A stretch of 64,000 nt of DNA from an uncultured Actinomycetes bacterium (GTDB lineage: Bacteria; Actinomycetota; Thermoleophilia; Gaiellales; F1-60-MAGs149): assembly GCA_963779685.1 (NCBI GenBank), contig CAVZZG010000003.1, positions 1,025,673 through 1,089,672 on the forward strand. Direction: 5' to 3'. Position numbers and translations under genes: made by a program. Within the stretch, counting starts at the first letter, position 1. Every line of letters starts with the position of its first letter. The notes under the pieces were generated by a model. It saw only the letters and a program-made list of their open reading frames with translations, did no database searches and was not told the DNA's origin. Positions 25,030 through 34,634 of this stretch are shown here, one piece after another.

Positions 25030-26016
25030 ATGAGCTCCACGCCACTTGATCGCAACCTCGCGCTCGAGCTCGTCCGGGTGACCGAGGCGGCCGCGCTGAA
25101 CGCGGCCCACTGGATCGGGCGCGGCGACAAGAACGCAGCCGACCAGGCCGCGGTCGACGCGATGCGCTCGATGATGTCCTCGGTGTCGATGGACGGTCTG
25201 GTCGTGATCGGCGAGGGCGAGAAGGACGAGGCACCCATGCTCTACAACGGCGAGCGCATCGGCGACGGCTCGCCACCGGCCGTCGACATCGCCGTCGACC
25301 CGCTGGAGGGCACCACCCTGACCGCAAAGGGCCAGCCCAACGCGCTCTGCGTGGTCGCCCTGTCGGAGCGCGGCACCATGTTCGACCCCGGGCCGTGCGT
25401 CTACATGGAGAAGATCGCCGGCGGGCCGGACATCGCCGACCTGCTGTCGCTCACCGACCCGATCGAGGACGTCCTCGCCCGGATCGCCGAGCGTCGTCGC
25501 TGTGCCATCAACGACCTGATGGTAGTGATTCTCGACCGCCCGCGGCACGAGGAGCAGATCCGGCGGATCCGCGCGTGCGGCGGCCGGATCCGGCTGATCA
25601 CGGACGGCGACGTGGCCGGGTCGCTGATGGCCGTGTCGCCGGAGACCGGCATCGACCTGCTGTGGGGCGTCGGCGGTACACCGGAGGGCGTCCTGTCGGC
25701 CTGCGCCATCAAGGCCATCGGCGGCGCGCTGCTGGGACGCATGTGGCCACGCGACGACGACGAGCGCGCACGCACGATCGCCGCGGGTATCGATCCCGAC
25801 CGCGTGCTGGCGGCCGACGACCTGGTGGCCGGCGACAACGCGTTCTTCGCCGCCACGGGCGTCACCGACGGCGACATCCTACGCGGCGTCCGCTTCACGG
25901 GCGGCCGCGCCACCACCCAGTCGATCGTGATGCGGAGCCGCACCGGCACCGTCCGCTTCGTCGAGGGCCGTCACAAGCGCGATCGCGGCATGCTCGCCCA
26001 CTTCGAGGTCGGCTAA
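25030..26016 (+). CDS. glpX: Class II fructose-1,6-bisphosphatase
   Basis: Contains LALELVRVTEAAALNAAHWIGRGDKNAADQAAVDAMR, VIGEGEKDEAPML, DIAVDPLEGTT, DGDVAG and GGTPEGVLSA. Confidence 0.95.
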   Translation: MSSTPLDRNLALELVRVTEAAALNAAHWIGRGDKNAADQAAVDAMRSMMSSVSMDGLVVIGEGEKDEAPMLYNGERIGDGSPPAVDIAVDPLEGTTLTAKGQPNALCVVALSERGTMFDPGPCVYMEKIAGGPDIADLLSLTDPIEDVLARIAERRRCAINDLMVVILDRPRHEEQIRRIRACGGRIRLITDGDVAGSLMAVSPETGIDLLWGVGGTPEGVLSACAIKAIGGALLGRMWPRDDDERARTIAAGIDPDRVLAADDLVAGDNAFFAATGVTDGDILRGVRFTGGRATTQSIVMRSRTGTVRFVEGRHKRDRGMLAHFEVG

Positions 26017-26026
26017 CTTCCAGCCC

Positions 26027-28077
26027 ATGACCAGCGCGGCCGGTGGCACGCACCGGACGATGTGCCCGATGAACTGCCATCCGACCCTGTGCGGGATGCT
26101 GGTCGACGTCGACGGCTCTGGACGGGTTACGGTGCGCGGCGATCCCGACAACCCCGACAGCCGCGGCTTCCTCTGCGTCCGCGGCCAGGCCAGCCGCGAG
26201 ATCATCGGCAACCCGCTGCGGCTGTTGCAGCCTCGCATCCGGGAGGGCCGCGGCACCGACCGGTGGCGCGAGGCTGACTGGGATGAGGCGCTCGGGCTGA
26301 TCGCCGATCGGATGGGCGAGGTCGGGCCGGCCGCCGTCGGGCTGTGGGTGGGGCACGGCGCCATGGCGAACAACTACGGCACGCGGGTCTCGGCCCAGCT
26401 CGTCCGGCGGTTCGCGAACCTCCACGGCAGCCAGACCTGGAGCCCGACGAGCATCTGCTGGGGCCTCGGCGGGTTCGGCCTCGGCCTGACCGGCGTGCTC
26501 GAGGCGAACACCAAGGAGGACCTCGGCGACAACGCCGGGATGGTGATGATGTGGGGCGCGACGATCGCGAGCCAGCCGAACACCGCGCGGCACCTGGTGC
26601 GGGCGCGCAAACGGGGCGCCTTCGTCGTCACCATCGACGTGCGCGAGACCGAGGCGACCGCGCGCTCCGACGAGATGATCCTGATCCGCCCCGGCACCGA
26701 CGCGGCGCTCGCGCTCGGCCTGATGCACGTCATCGTCCGCGACGGTCTCCACGACCGCGAGTTCGTGGCCGCGCACACGGTCGGGTTCGAGGAGCTGCGC
26801 GCGCACCTCGTCGGTCACTCGCCCGAGTGGGCGGAGGCGGCCTGCGGCGTCCCCGCCGCCACGATCGAGGCGCTGGCGCGCCGCTACGCGACCACCCGCC
26901 CGGCGATGATCGTGCTCGGCGGCAGCTCGATGCACAAGGGCGCGGCCGGCTGGGAAGGCGGCCCGGGCGATCGGCTGCCTGCCGGCGCTGACGGGCAACG
27001 TCGGCATACCCGGCGGCGGGTTCGGCCCGCGTCACGGCGCGCACAGCCACGGCCAGGCGCTGACCGACATCGCAGCAGCCGGGCGACGGCCGCCCGGCGA
27101 CTGGGTGCCGAACCAGATGGAGCGGATCACGGAGGCGCTGCTCGCCCGCCGGGTGCGCGCGATGCTCCTGTTCGGCACCAACATGGTCTCGTCGTTCGCG
27201 GACGCCCGGCAGGTCATGGAGGGGCTCCGCCGGACCGACCTCGTGGTCGCCCACGACCTCTTCATGTCGGAGACGGCGCGCACGTTCGCCGACGTCGTGC
27301 TCCCGGCGACGTCGTGGCTCGAGGAGACGGGCTGCAAGAGCACGAACACCCACCTGTACCTGATGCCGCAGGTGCTCGACCCGCCGGGCGAGACGCGGTC
27401 CGTCGCCCGCGTGCTGCGCGACCTCGCCGACCGTCGCGGCCTCGTCGACTTCTGGCCCTGGGAGGACGATGCCGGGGCCCTGAACGCGATCCTCGACCAC
27501 CCCTCGACCGGTCACGCCACGACGGCGGCGCTCGCGGCCGAAGGCGGTATCCGGGCGCTCGAGATCTCCCACGTGGCTCACCCGGAGCTCGAGTTCCCGA
27601 CGCCGTCCGGCAAGATCGAGTTCCTCTCCGAACGCGCCGTCGAGCTCGGGTTGCCGGCGCTGCCGGTGCACACCCCGCAGGCGCCGACCACCGTTGCCGC
27701 TGACGCTGCGCAGCGGGCGCACGCTCACCCACTTCCACGGCTTCTACGACCACGGGCGGGCACTGCCGTCGCTCGCCAGGGCCGACCCCGAGCCCGTGGT
27801 GTGGATCTCGCCGGCGGACGCCGTCCCGCGTGGCGTCGACGACGGCGCCCCGGTGAGGATCCACAACGAGCGCGGCGAGCGCCACGCCCGCGCGCTCGTC
27901 ACCGACAAGGTGCCCGCGGGCGTCGTCTGGATGCGCTCCGGCTGGGCCGGCACCAACACCCTCACGTCGGGCCGATCCTGCCTTCCCGACGCGGCCGTCG
28001 ACCTGTTCTCGTTCTCCGCCGGCCAGGCCGCCTTCGACGCAGACGTCGAGGTGGAGGCCGCACCGGAGGCCCCATAG
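26027..28077 (+). pseudogene. Molybdopterin (MopB-family) oxidoreductase split into three frames (breaks near 26957-26962 and 27684-27694)
   Basis: Segment 1: MCPMNCHPTLCGM...FLCVRG (4Fe-4S motif)...SSMHKGAAGWEG. Segment 2, next frame: ARAIGCLPALTGNVGIPGGGFGPRHG...LLFGTNMVSS...GKIEF...LPVHTPQAP. Segment 3, third frame: PLTLRSGRTLTHFHGFYDHG...PVRIHNERGE...VWMRSGW. Confidence 0.8.
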
Positions 28078-28144
28078 GCGTCCGGCGGTGGGAGTAACGT
28101 CCGGCGGTGACGGCCATCCGATTCCCCGCCGAAGGAGCACGTCC

Positions 28145-28516
28145 ATGAACGGCGTCTACTGGTTGATCTACATCGCGGTGATCGTGCTGGTGATCGCCGG
28201 GTTCTGGCAGGTGTTCACCAAGGCCGGCGAGGAGGGCTGGAAGAGCATCATCCCGGTCTACAACACCATCGTCGAGCTCAAGATCGTGGGCCGTCCGTGG
28301 TGGTGGCTGCTGCTCCTGTTCATCCCGTTCGTGGGCTTGATCATCTACATCATCGTGATGAACGACCTGGCGAAGAGCTTCGGCAAGGGAGCCGGCTTCA
28401 CGGTCGGACTGGTCCTGCTGCCGTTCGTCTTCGTCGTGATCCTGGGTTTCGGCGCGGCGACGTACGTCGGGCCGGGCGGCGTGGCGCCGAGCGGCACCCA
28501 GGTCCAGTCCTGGTAA
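28145..28516 (+). CDS. DUF5684-like small membrane protein
   Basis: ATG 28145 is preceded by AAGGAG. Sequence runs MNGVYWLIYIAVIVLVIAGFWQVFTKAGEEGWKSIIPVYNTIVELKIVGRPWWWLLLLFIPFVGLIIYIIV...GLVLLPFVF. GC is visibly lower than the surroundings. Confidence 0.7.
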   Translation: MNGVYWLIYIAVIVLVIAGFWQVFTKAGEEGWKSIIPVYNTIVELKIVGRPWWWLLLLFIPFVGLIIYIIVMNDLAKSFGKGAGFTVGLVLLPFVFVVILGFGAATYVGPGGVAPSGTQVQSW

Positions 28517-28522
28517 CCCGAG

Positions 28523-29119
28523 CTAGAGCCGCCGGCGGAACACCCTCACGTCGGCGCGCTGCCAGTCGCTGTGGTCGTTGCGCCAGCCCTCGAGATCATG
28601 GAAGCGCCGGTGGGTGTTGGCCATGGCGTGGCCGATCACGTCGCCGGTGCCGATGTGGTAGCGGGCCTGGAGCCAGCGCACGAGACGCAGGGCGGCGTTG
28701 ATCTGCCGCGGGCGGTTCAGGATCTGCTGATCGGCCCAGTGGGCGCCCTGCCCGGTCTCCTGCACCATCTCGATCCCGATCGCGGAGTCGTTCAGGCCGA
28801 TGGTGTGCCGGCAGCGGAGCCGCAGGCTGACGAGCTGGTGGATGACGCCGTCCTTCGAGATGACGAAGTGCGCGCAGGTGCCGGGGAGCTCACCGAGGTT
28901 GGGCGAGTCGCTCGCGAAGGTGTTCCAGGTTGCGCTGTAGGAGTTGTTGGCCGTGAAGTGCAGGACGATCACGTGCGGCGTGAGCCGGTAGCTACGGCTG
29001 CCGTAGTGTCGCAGCGAGTAGGCGGCCATCTCGCGCTTGCGTGCCCGCGGGAACGGCACGGGATCCTGGACGATGGCCGGCGAGACGAGGGTCGTGACGG
29101 CGAGTGCGAGGGCGAGCAT
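28523..29119 (-). CDS. N-acetylmuramoyl-L-alanine amidase (amidase_2 / PGRP fold)
   Basis: ATG 29119: MLALALAVTTLVSPAIV. Further motifs are HVIVLHFTANNSY, CAHFVISKDGVIHQLV, HTIGLNDSAIGIEMV and VIGHAMAN. Confidence 0.8.
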   Translation of the reverse strand: MLALALAVTTLVSPAIVQDPVPFPRARKREMAAYSLRHYGSRSYRLTPHVIVLHFTANNSYSATWNTFASDSPNLGELPGTCAHFVISKDGVIHQLVSLRLRCRHTIGLNDSAIGIEMVQETGQGAHWADQQILNRPRQINAALRLVRWLQARYHIGTGDVIGHAMANTHRRFHDLEGWRNDHSDWQRADVRVFRRRL

Positions 29120-29150
29120 GCCCGGAGGGTAGCCCGCCCGGGTCTTACGG

Positions 29151-29746
29151 CTACCCGCCGCGGACGCGGAAGCGGTCCTCGTTCTCCCAGTGATGGCGAC
29201 GCGGCTTGGGCCTCGTGCGCCCGGGCTCGCCCGTGCCGTCGCGGAACCCGTTCTGCTGCCGGGCCTCGCGCTCGCGCTCACGCTGCTCGCTGCGCGGCAG
29301 GGGCTCGGTGCCGTCCACCCAGCGGGCTTCGCGGGCACCAGCGGCGTCGTGTTCGGGGCCAGCGGTCGCAGCTGCTCGGTGCCGGACGCGCCGAGGATCT
29401 TGAAGGCGTCCGGGTGGGCCTCGGCGTACTCCACGACCCGCTCCCGGAACCCGGCCCGGGCGATCGTCTCGGCGGCGCCACTCTGCAGCTCGGTCACCGC
29501 GACGACGACGACCAGCTCCCGCCGGCCGTGATCCTGGGCATGGGTGATCTCCTCGACGTGCCCGTAACCACGGGCCGGAGCCCCGGCGATGAGCACCTCG
29601 AACGCGACCTCATCGCCGGCATCGGGCATCGGCTGGTCGTCGGGCACGGCCACGACCATGCGGCCCGCATCGAGCTCACGGGTGGTCGACCGCATCGCCG
29701 ACCGCCCGAACACCATCGTCACTGGCAGCACCTGACGGGGAGTCAT
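29151..29746 (-). pseudogene. Hypothetical protein, frame disrupted near 29315-29325 (or assembly indel)
   Basis: The N-terminal frame from ATG 29746 runs MTPRQVLPVTMVFGRSAMRSTTRELDAGRMVVAVPDD...AHPDAFKILGASGTEQLRPLAPNTTPLVPAKPAG. The C-terminal frame WVDGTEPLPRSEQREREREARQQNGFRDGTGEPGRTRPKPRRHHWENEDRFRVRGG ends at TAG 29151. It has near-uniform G/C third positions, whereas the continuing N-terminal frame loses that bias. Confidence 0.45.
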
Positions 29747-29787
29747 GGTGCTCTATGTATCGGCGTTCAGGGCGAAAAGGGAAAGCC

Positions 29788-31179
29788 TCAATGCCCTTTC
29801 TTGGGGATGATCCCGGATGGCGCGAAGCCCGCGAAGAACTCGTCGATCGCCCGGGGCGACTCGCCCCGGGCGTGCGCCCGCTCCATCCGCACGACCGCAG
29901 TGCGGACGAGGTGCGCACCGCCGTAGCGCACGGGATCGGGCGGGAACCGGCCCGACCGCTCGCCGACGAAGGGCGACCGCGTCCACTCGTCATCGTTGCC
30001 GAGCGCCATCGAGGCGAGGATCTTGCCGCCCAGCACCGAGGGGCCGACGCCGTTGCCGCTCCACCCCACCCCGTACAGCAGGTGATCGCGCCCGCCGAGA
30101 TGCCCGAAGATCGGCAGGCCGTGGTACGAGCGGTCGATCGGGCCCGACCAGTCGTACTCGACGGCCACGTCGGCCAGGTTCGGGTAGATGCGCCGGAAGT
30201 TGTCCTCGACCTCGGCCGCCCGGCCGGCATGCCGGTCGAAGCTGTCCGGGATGCGGCCCGCCATGGCGATGCCCCAGCCGCCCTTGCCGAACATGACCCG
30301 GCCCGCCTGGGTGCGCCGGTAGTAGTGGATCATCATCTGGGAGTCGGAGATGGCCGCGGCACTCGTCCAGCCGATCTCCGCGAGCCGCTCCGGGGCGGCC
30401 TCGGTGAGGATGATGTCGCTCGAGATGGCCACGAGCCGCGTGTGCAGCTCGCGCAGGCTCGCCGCCCAGGCGTTGGTCGCGATCACGACCTTCTCGGCCG
30501 TCAGGGCCCCGCCCTCGGTGCGGAGCAGCGCCGGGCTGCCGCGGTCGAGACCGGTCACACGGGAGTGCTCGTGCACCCGCACGCCGAGCTCGAGCGCCAC
30601 CCGGCGAAGGCCGCGCACGAGCTTCGCCGGCTGCACGGTTGCCGCGCTGGGGTCGAAGACTCCGGCGAGGTGCACCGGGGAGGCTGCCCGGCGGGCCACC
30701 TCGTCCGGCTCAAGCAGCTCGAAGGCGGGCGCACCGAGCTCGGCGAGCATGGCGACGGTCGAGTCCCATGCTCCCAGCTGCGCCGCGCTGGTCGCGGTCC
30801 AGAGATAGCCGCCGCGGCTGAACTCGGCGTCGATCGCGTGGTCGGTGCAGAACGCCTCGATCTCCGAGATCGCCTCCTGCGAGGCCCTCGCCAGCCGGAT
30901 CCCCTCCTCGCGCCCGCAGAGCTCGACGAGCGTGCCGGCCTTGGCCCACCACGACAGCACCTCGCCGCCGTTGCGGCCGCTGGCGCCGCCACCGCAGATG
31001 TCGCGCTCGAGCACCACGACGTCGCAGGCCGGGTCTGCCTGCTTGATGCGGATCGCCGTCCAGAGACCGACGAACCCACCGCCGATGATGGCCACGTCCG
31101 CGCGCTGCGCGCCCGCCAGAGCCGGGGCGTCCGGCGCGTCGCCGAGCACTTCCTGGAGCCAGAACGACCGGTGCGTCAC
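29788..31179 (-). CDS. FAD-dependent oxidoreductase (DAO family)
   Basis: GTG 31179 overlaps the MaoC stop (GTGA). Contains ADVAIIGGGFVGLWTAIRI (dinucleotide fold), GGGASGRNGG, VVIATNAW and GWSGNGVG. Confidence 0.85.
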   Translation of the reverse strand: MTHRSFWLQEVLGDAPDAPALAGAQRADVAIIGGGFVGLWTAIRIKQADPACDVVVLERDICGGGASGRNGGEVLSWWAKAGTLVELCGREEGIRLARASQEAISEIEAFCTDHAIDAEFSRGGYLWTATSAAQLGAWDSTVAMLAELGAPAFELLEPDEVARRAASPVHLAGVFDPSAATVQPAKLVRGLRRVALELGVRVHEHSRVTGLDRGSPALLRTEGGALTAEKVVIATNAWAASLRELHTRLVAISSDIILTEAAPERLAEIGWTSAAAISDSQMMIHYYRRTQAGRVMFGKGGWGIAMAGRIPDSFDRHAGRAAEVEDNFRRIYPNLADVAVEYDWSGPIDRSYHGLPIFGHLGGRDHLLYGVGWSGNGVGPSVLGGKILASMALGNDDEWTRSPFVGERSGRFPPDPVRYGGAHLVRTAVVRMERAHARGESPRAIDEFFAGFAPSGIIPKKGH

Positions 31180-31619
31180 GGGCGGCACGCGATCAGCATC
31201 GCATCGGTGCCCGACTGGACGACGACGTCGTCCTGATTGCGCACCTCGACCGTCGTGCGGAGCACGCCCATGCCCGGCCGCGAGGCGCTCTTGCGCGCTT
31301 CCTCGACGCGGGTGACGACCCGGATCGTGTCGCCAGGGTAGGTCGGCGCCGTGAACTTGCGCGTCTCCTCGAGGTAGGCGATCACCTCGAGGCCGAACAG
31401 GCCCTCCGTGCGCATGCCGCTCTGCATGGCGAGGATCAGGAGCCCGTGGGCGATCCGGCCCCGGAACGGGGTGTTCTCGAGCACCCACGGCTCGTTCACG
31501 TGCAGGAGGTTGTAGTCGCCGGACACGCCGGCGAAGGTCATGATGTCGGCCTCGGTGACGGTGCGGCCGACGCTCGTGAACTCCATGCCGGGCTCGAGAT
31601 CGTCGAGATAGACGGGCAT
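31176..31619 (-). CDS. MaoC-family (R)-hydratase/dehydratase
   Basis: 147 aa. Contains TVTEADIMTFAGVSGDYNLLHVNEPW and RIAHGLL. GAGGAG lies upstream of the ATG. Confidence 0.88.
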   Translation of the reverse strand: MPVYLDDLEPGMEFTSVGRTVTEADIMTFAGVSGDYNLLHVNEPWVLENTPFRGRIAHGLLILAMQSGMRTEGLFGLEVIAYLEETRKFTAPTYPGDTIRVVTRVEEARKSASRPGMGVLRTTVEVRNQDDVVVQSGTDAMLIACRP

Positions 31620-31642
31620 TCGGGGTCTCCTCTAGTGGTGTG

Positions 31643-32671
31643 TCATGTCCAGAGCGGCTCGTCGCGCAACCGGAGCTGCGTACCGAGGCCGCGGGTGCGG
31701 GCGTTGCGGAGTACGTAGGCGCCGGTCACGACGTCGTCCATGCCGAGGCCGACCGGCGAGCAGATGATGCGCTGCCCGGCGGAGGTGCGGCCAGGATGCG
31801 TGCCGGCGACCACCTCGCCGAGCTCGACGGCGTCCTCGAAGCTTGCCAGGCCCGCGTCGCGCAACCGCCGGAGGTAGCGGGTGTCGGCCGTGCCTTCGTG
31901 GTGCCGGTCGTCGACGACCAGCAGGTCGCTGACCTCGCTCAGGTCCTCGGGGCCGTCGAGACTCGAGACGAGCACCACGAGACCGCCCTCCGGCACCCAC
32001 TCCTTGCGGATCGTCGGCGTCGTGGCGAGCGTCGACGGCACCATGATGTCGGCGCCCTCGCAGGCTTCGCGCTCGGAGCCGACGACCTCGATCGGGAACG
32101 GCAGCTCGCCGCGCAACGACGCGACCAGTGCGTCCGCCCTGGCCCGGTCGGGGTCGTAGACGCGGGCGCACTCCAGACCGGGCCGGGTGACGGCCAGCGC
32201 CATCAGCTGCGTGCGGGTCAGCACGCCGGCGCCGAGCAGCCCGGCCGTACGGGCGTGCGGAGCCGCCAGGTGGCGGATCGCCACCCCGGTCACGGCACCG
32301 GTGCGCATGGCCGAGATGACGGTACCGTCCATGACGGCGACGGGAAGCCCGGTCTCGCGGTCGGACAGCACAACGAGCGCATTGGCCCGCGGCAGGCCGC
32401 GGGCGAGGTTGGCCGGCACGCTCGGGATCCACTTCAGGCCGGCGATGTCCCACTCCCCGCCGACCCAGGCGGGCATCGCCATGATCCGCCCGTGCAGCTC
32501 CTGGGTCCCGGGCTCGTCCGACCAGGTGAGCATCACCTTGTTGGGGTTGATGACCTGGCCCCCGGCCTTGAGCCGGAACGCCCCCTCGATGACGTCGATG
32601 ACTGCGGCCATGTCGGTGCCACCGGCCGCGACGACGTCGTCCTGGGAGAGGAACGTCAGCTCGACGGGCAT
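31643..32671 (-). CDS. Ornithine cyclodeaminase / mu-crystallin family protein
   Basis: ATG 32671: MPVELTFLSQDDV. Further motifs are TVISAMRTGAVTGVAIRHLA and GLLGAGVLTRTQLMAL. Confidence 0.85.
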   Translation of the reverse strand: MPVELTFLSQDDVVAAGGTDMAAVIDVIEGAFRLKAGGQVINPNKVMLTWSDEPGTQELHGRIMAMPAWVGGEWDIAGLKWIPSVPANLARGLPRANALVVLSDRETGLPVAVMDGTVISAMRTGAVTGVAIRHLAAPHARTAGLLGAGVLTRTQLMALAVTRPGLECARVYDPDRARADALVASLRGELPFPIEVVGSEREACEGADIMVPSTLATTPTIRKEWVPEGGLVVLVSSLDGPEDLSEVSDLLVVDDRHHEGTADTRYLRRLRDAGLASFEDAVELGEVVAGTHPGRTSAGQRIICSPVGLGMDDVVTGAYVLRNARTRGLGTQLRLRDEPLWT

Positions 32672-32678
32672 CCCTGGA

Positions 32679-34634
32679 TCATCGCCGCACCGCGAGCCCG
32701 ACCGTGTCATCAAGGACGGCGAGCACACCTTCCAGGATCGCCTCCTCGGCCGATCGCGGGCTCAGGACGTCGCCCACGCGCACCACTTCGGGCCGGCCTT
32801 CCAGCGCCTGCCAGAGGGCATCCTCCGGCACCCGGCCCTGAGCCAGCACGACCGTCGCGACCGGGCCGATCGCCTCCTGCCGGCCGGAGAACACGTGCCG
32901 CAGCCGCGACCCGTCCGGCACGAGCTCGAGGTGGTGGCGGATGCGCACACCGGCGGCGTCGAGCCGCGCCAGGTAGAGGTTGCGCTGGTACTGGTGCAGC
33001 TGCTCGCCGGGCACGGTCGCGGCGCAGGCCAGGGCGACGTCGACGCCGGCGGCCGCGAGCACCTCGGCGGCGTCGAGGCCGGCATACTCGCCGCCCCAGT
33101 CGGCGATCAGCACGGGCCCCATGACCGCCCCGGGGTCGGCGATCGCGTCCCAGGCCTGAACGACGCCGTAGGGCAGACCAGGTAGGAGCGGCGGCACGTA
33201 GGGCCGGGCGCCGGTGGCGACGACGACGAGGTCGCAGTCCTCCAGATCCGCCGGCCCGGCCTCGACGCCCAGCCGAATAAGGGCGCCGCACGCCGCGAGG
33301 TCGCGCTCGGCGTCGGCCACGTATCGCTCCCAGAGCTCCACGTGCGCCGGCGCCCGGCCCGCCAATCGCAGCTGACCGCCGATCGCGGGCCGCCGCTCGA
33401 AGAGCGTGACGGCATCCCCGCGGCGCGCCGCCTCGACGGCGGCGGCGATGCCGGCCGGTCCCGCGCCCACGACGGCGGTGCGCCTGCCCGTGGCGCGGTG
33501 CGCCGGACGCGGGAGGGTGCGCTCGCGGCCCGTGCGCGGGTTGACGATGCACGCGATCGGCGTGCCGGCGTGGTAGTGGCCGATGCAGCCCTGGTTGCAG
33601 GCGACGCAGTGGATCGTCTCCGCCTCGCGACCCTCGACGGCCTTGCGCACGAGGTCCGGGTCGGCGATCTGCGCGCGGGTCATGCCGACGACGTCCGCCA
33701 CGCCGTCGGCCACCAGCCGCTCGGCGTCGGCGAGGTCGAGCACCCGCGTGGTCGCGATCATGGGCAACGACCGCAGGAGCGCCCGCACGGCGCCGGCGGG
33801 CTCGGCGATCGCGACCCGCTCGACCGGGGCCGGCGGCACGATCCCGACCGAGCCGGCGTACGTCGCCGAGTTGCCGAGCGCGAGATCGACGAAGTCGACC
33901 AGCCCGTCCCCGCAGAGGTCCCGGGCGATGCGGGCGCACTCGGCCGGGCCGAGCCCGCCCGGCGTGCCCTCGTCGGCCGCCAGCCGCACGCCGACCGCCA
34001 TCTCGGGGCCGGCCTGGCGGCGCACCTCCTCCAGCACCTCGCGGGCGAATCGCAGGCGGCTGGCCGGCCCGTAGTCGTCGTCGCGACGGTTGGTGAGACG
34101 CGAGAAGAACTGGGCCGCCAGGTAGCCGTGCGACATCGACACCTCGAGGCCATCCACCCCGCCCTCACGGGCCCGCCCGGCCGATTCGCCGAAGGCCGTC
34201 ACGAGCTCGCGGATCTCGGCAACCGTCAGCGACCGCGGCTCCATGTGGAACCGGGGGGTCGGGACGGCGCTCGGGGCGACGGCGGCCATGCGAGGCGGCG
34301 AGGTGATCACCTCCCGCCCACCGTGGAACAGCTGCAGGAACAGCCGCGAGCCGTGCCCGCGCAGCACCTCGCCGAGGCGCCGGTACGCCGGCACCACCTC
34401 GGGCACGTAGCCGCAGATGGTGTGGGCGGTCAGCCGGCCGGACGGGTGCACGGCCGTGGCCTCGATGAAGATCGCCGCCGCCCCGCCCCGCGCCCGCGCC
34501 TCCTGGTAGGCGACGAAGTCGTCCGTCGGCACGTGGTCGTGCACCAGGTTCGTCTGGTGCGAGGTCGACACGATCCGGTTGCGCAGCTCGACCGGGCCCA
34601 GCCGGAAGGGCGTCAGGAGGTTCGGGTAGGTCAT
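32679..34634 (-). CDS. OYE-like NADH:flavin oxidoreductase fused to an FAD/NAD(P)-binding domain (2,4-dienoyl-CoA reductase / amine-demethylase type)
   Basis: ATG 34634: MTYPNLLTPFRLGPVELRNRIVSTSH. Further motifs are LQLFHGGR, GVDGLEVSMSHGYLAAQF, CVACNQGCIGH...C (4Fe-4S) and AVVGAGPAGIAAA. Confidence 0.88.
   Translation of the reverse strand: MTYPNLLTPFRLGPVELRNRIVSTSHQTNLVHDHVPTDDFVAYQEARARGGAAAIFIEATAVHPSGRLTAHTICGYVPEVVPAYRRLGEVLRGHGSRLFLQLFHGGREVITSPPRMAAVAPSAVPTPRFHMEPRSLTVAEIRELVTAFGESAGRAREGGVDGLEVSMSHGYLAAQFFSRLTNRRDDDYGPASRLRFAREVLEEVRRQAGPEMAVGVRLAADEGTPGGLGPAECARIARDLCGDGLVDFVDLALGNSATYAGSVGIVPPAPVERVAIAEPAGAVRALLRSLPMIATTRVLDLADAERLVADGVADVVGMTRAQIADPDLVRKAVEGREAETIHCVACNQGCIGHYHAGTPIACIVNPRTGRERTLPRPAHRATGRRTAVVGAGPAGIAAAVEAARRGDAVTLFERRPAIGGQLRLAGRAPAHVELWERYVADAERDLAACGALIRLGVEAGPADLEDCDLVVVATGARPYVPPLLPGLPYGVVQAWDAIADPGAVMGPVLIADWGGEYAGLDAAEVLAAAGVDVALACAATVPGEQLHQYQRNLYLARLDAAGVRIRHHLELVPDGSRLRHVFSGRQEAIGPVATVVLAQGRVPEDALWQALEGRPEVVRVGDVLSPRSAEEAILEGVLAVLDDTVGLAVRR

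Noticed and set aside
26950-27700. The two frame changes in the molybdopterin oxidoreductase were considered as programmed ribosomal frameshifting.
   Set aside because: There is no slippery heptamer (X XXY YYZ) and no obvious stimulatory structure at either site. Two different shifts in one enzyme gene have no precedent that I know of, so a pseudogene or indel error is the simpler explanation.
29151-29746. Naming this hypothetical protein a PilZ (c-di-GMP binding) domain protein on the basis of RSAMR (RxxxR).
   Set aside because: The second half of the PilZ signature (D/N-x-S-x-x-G) is not present at the expected spacing. A single RxxxR in an Arg-rich proteome is not evidence.
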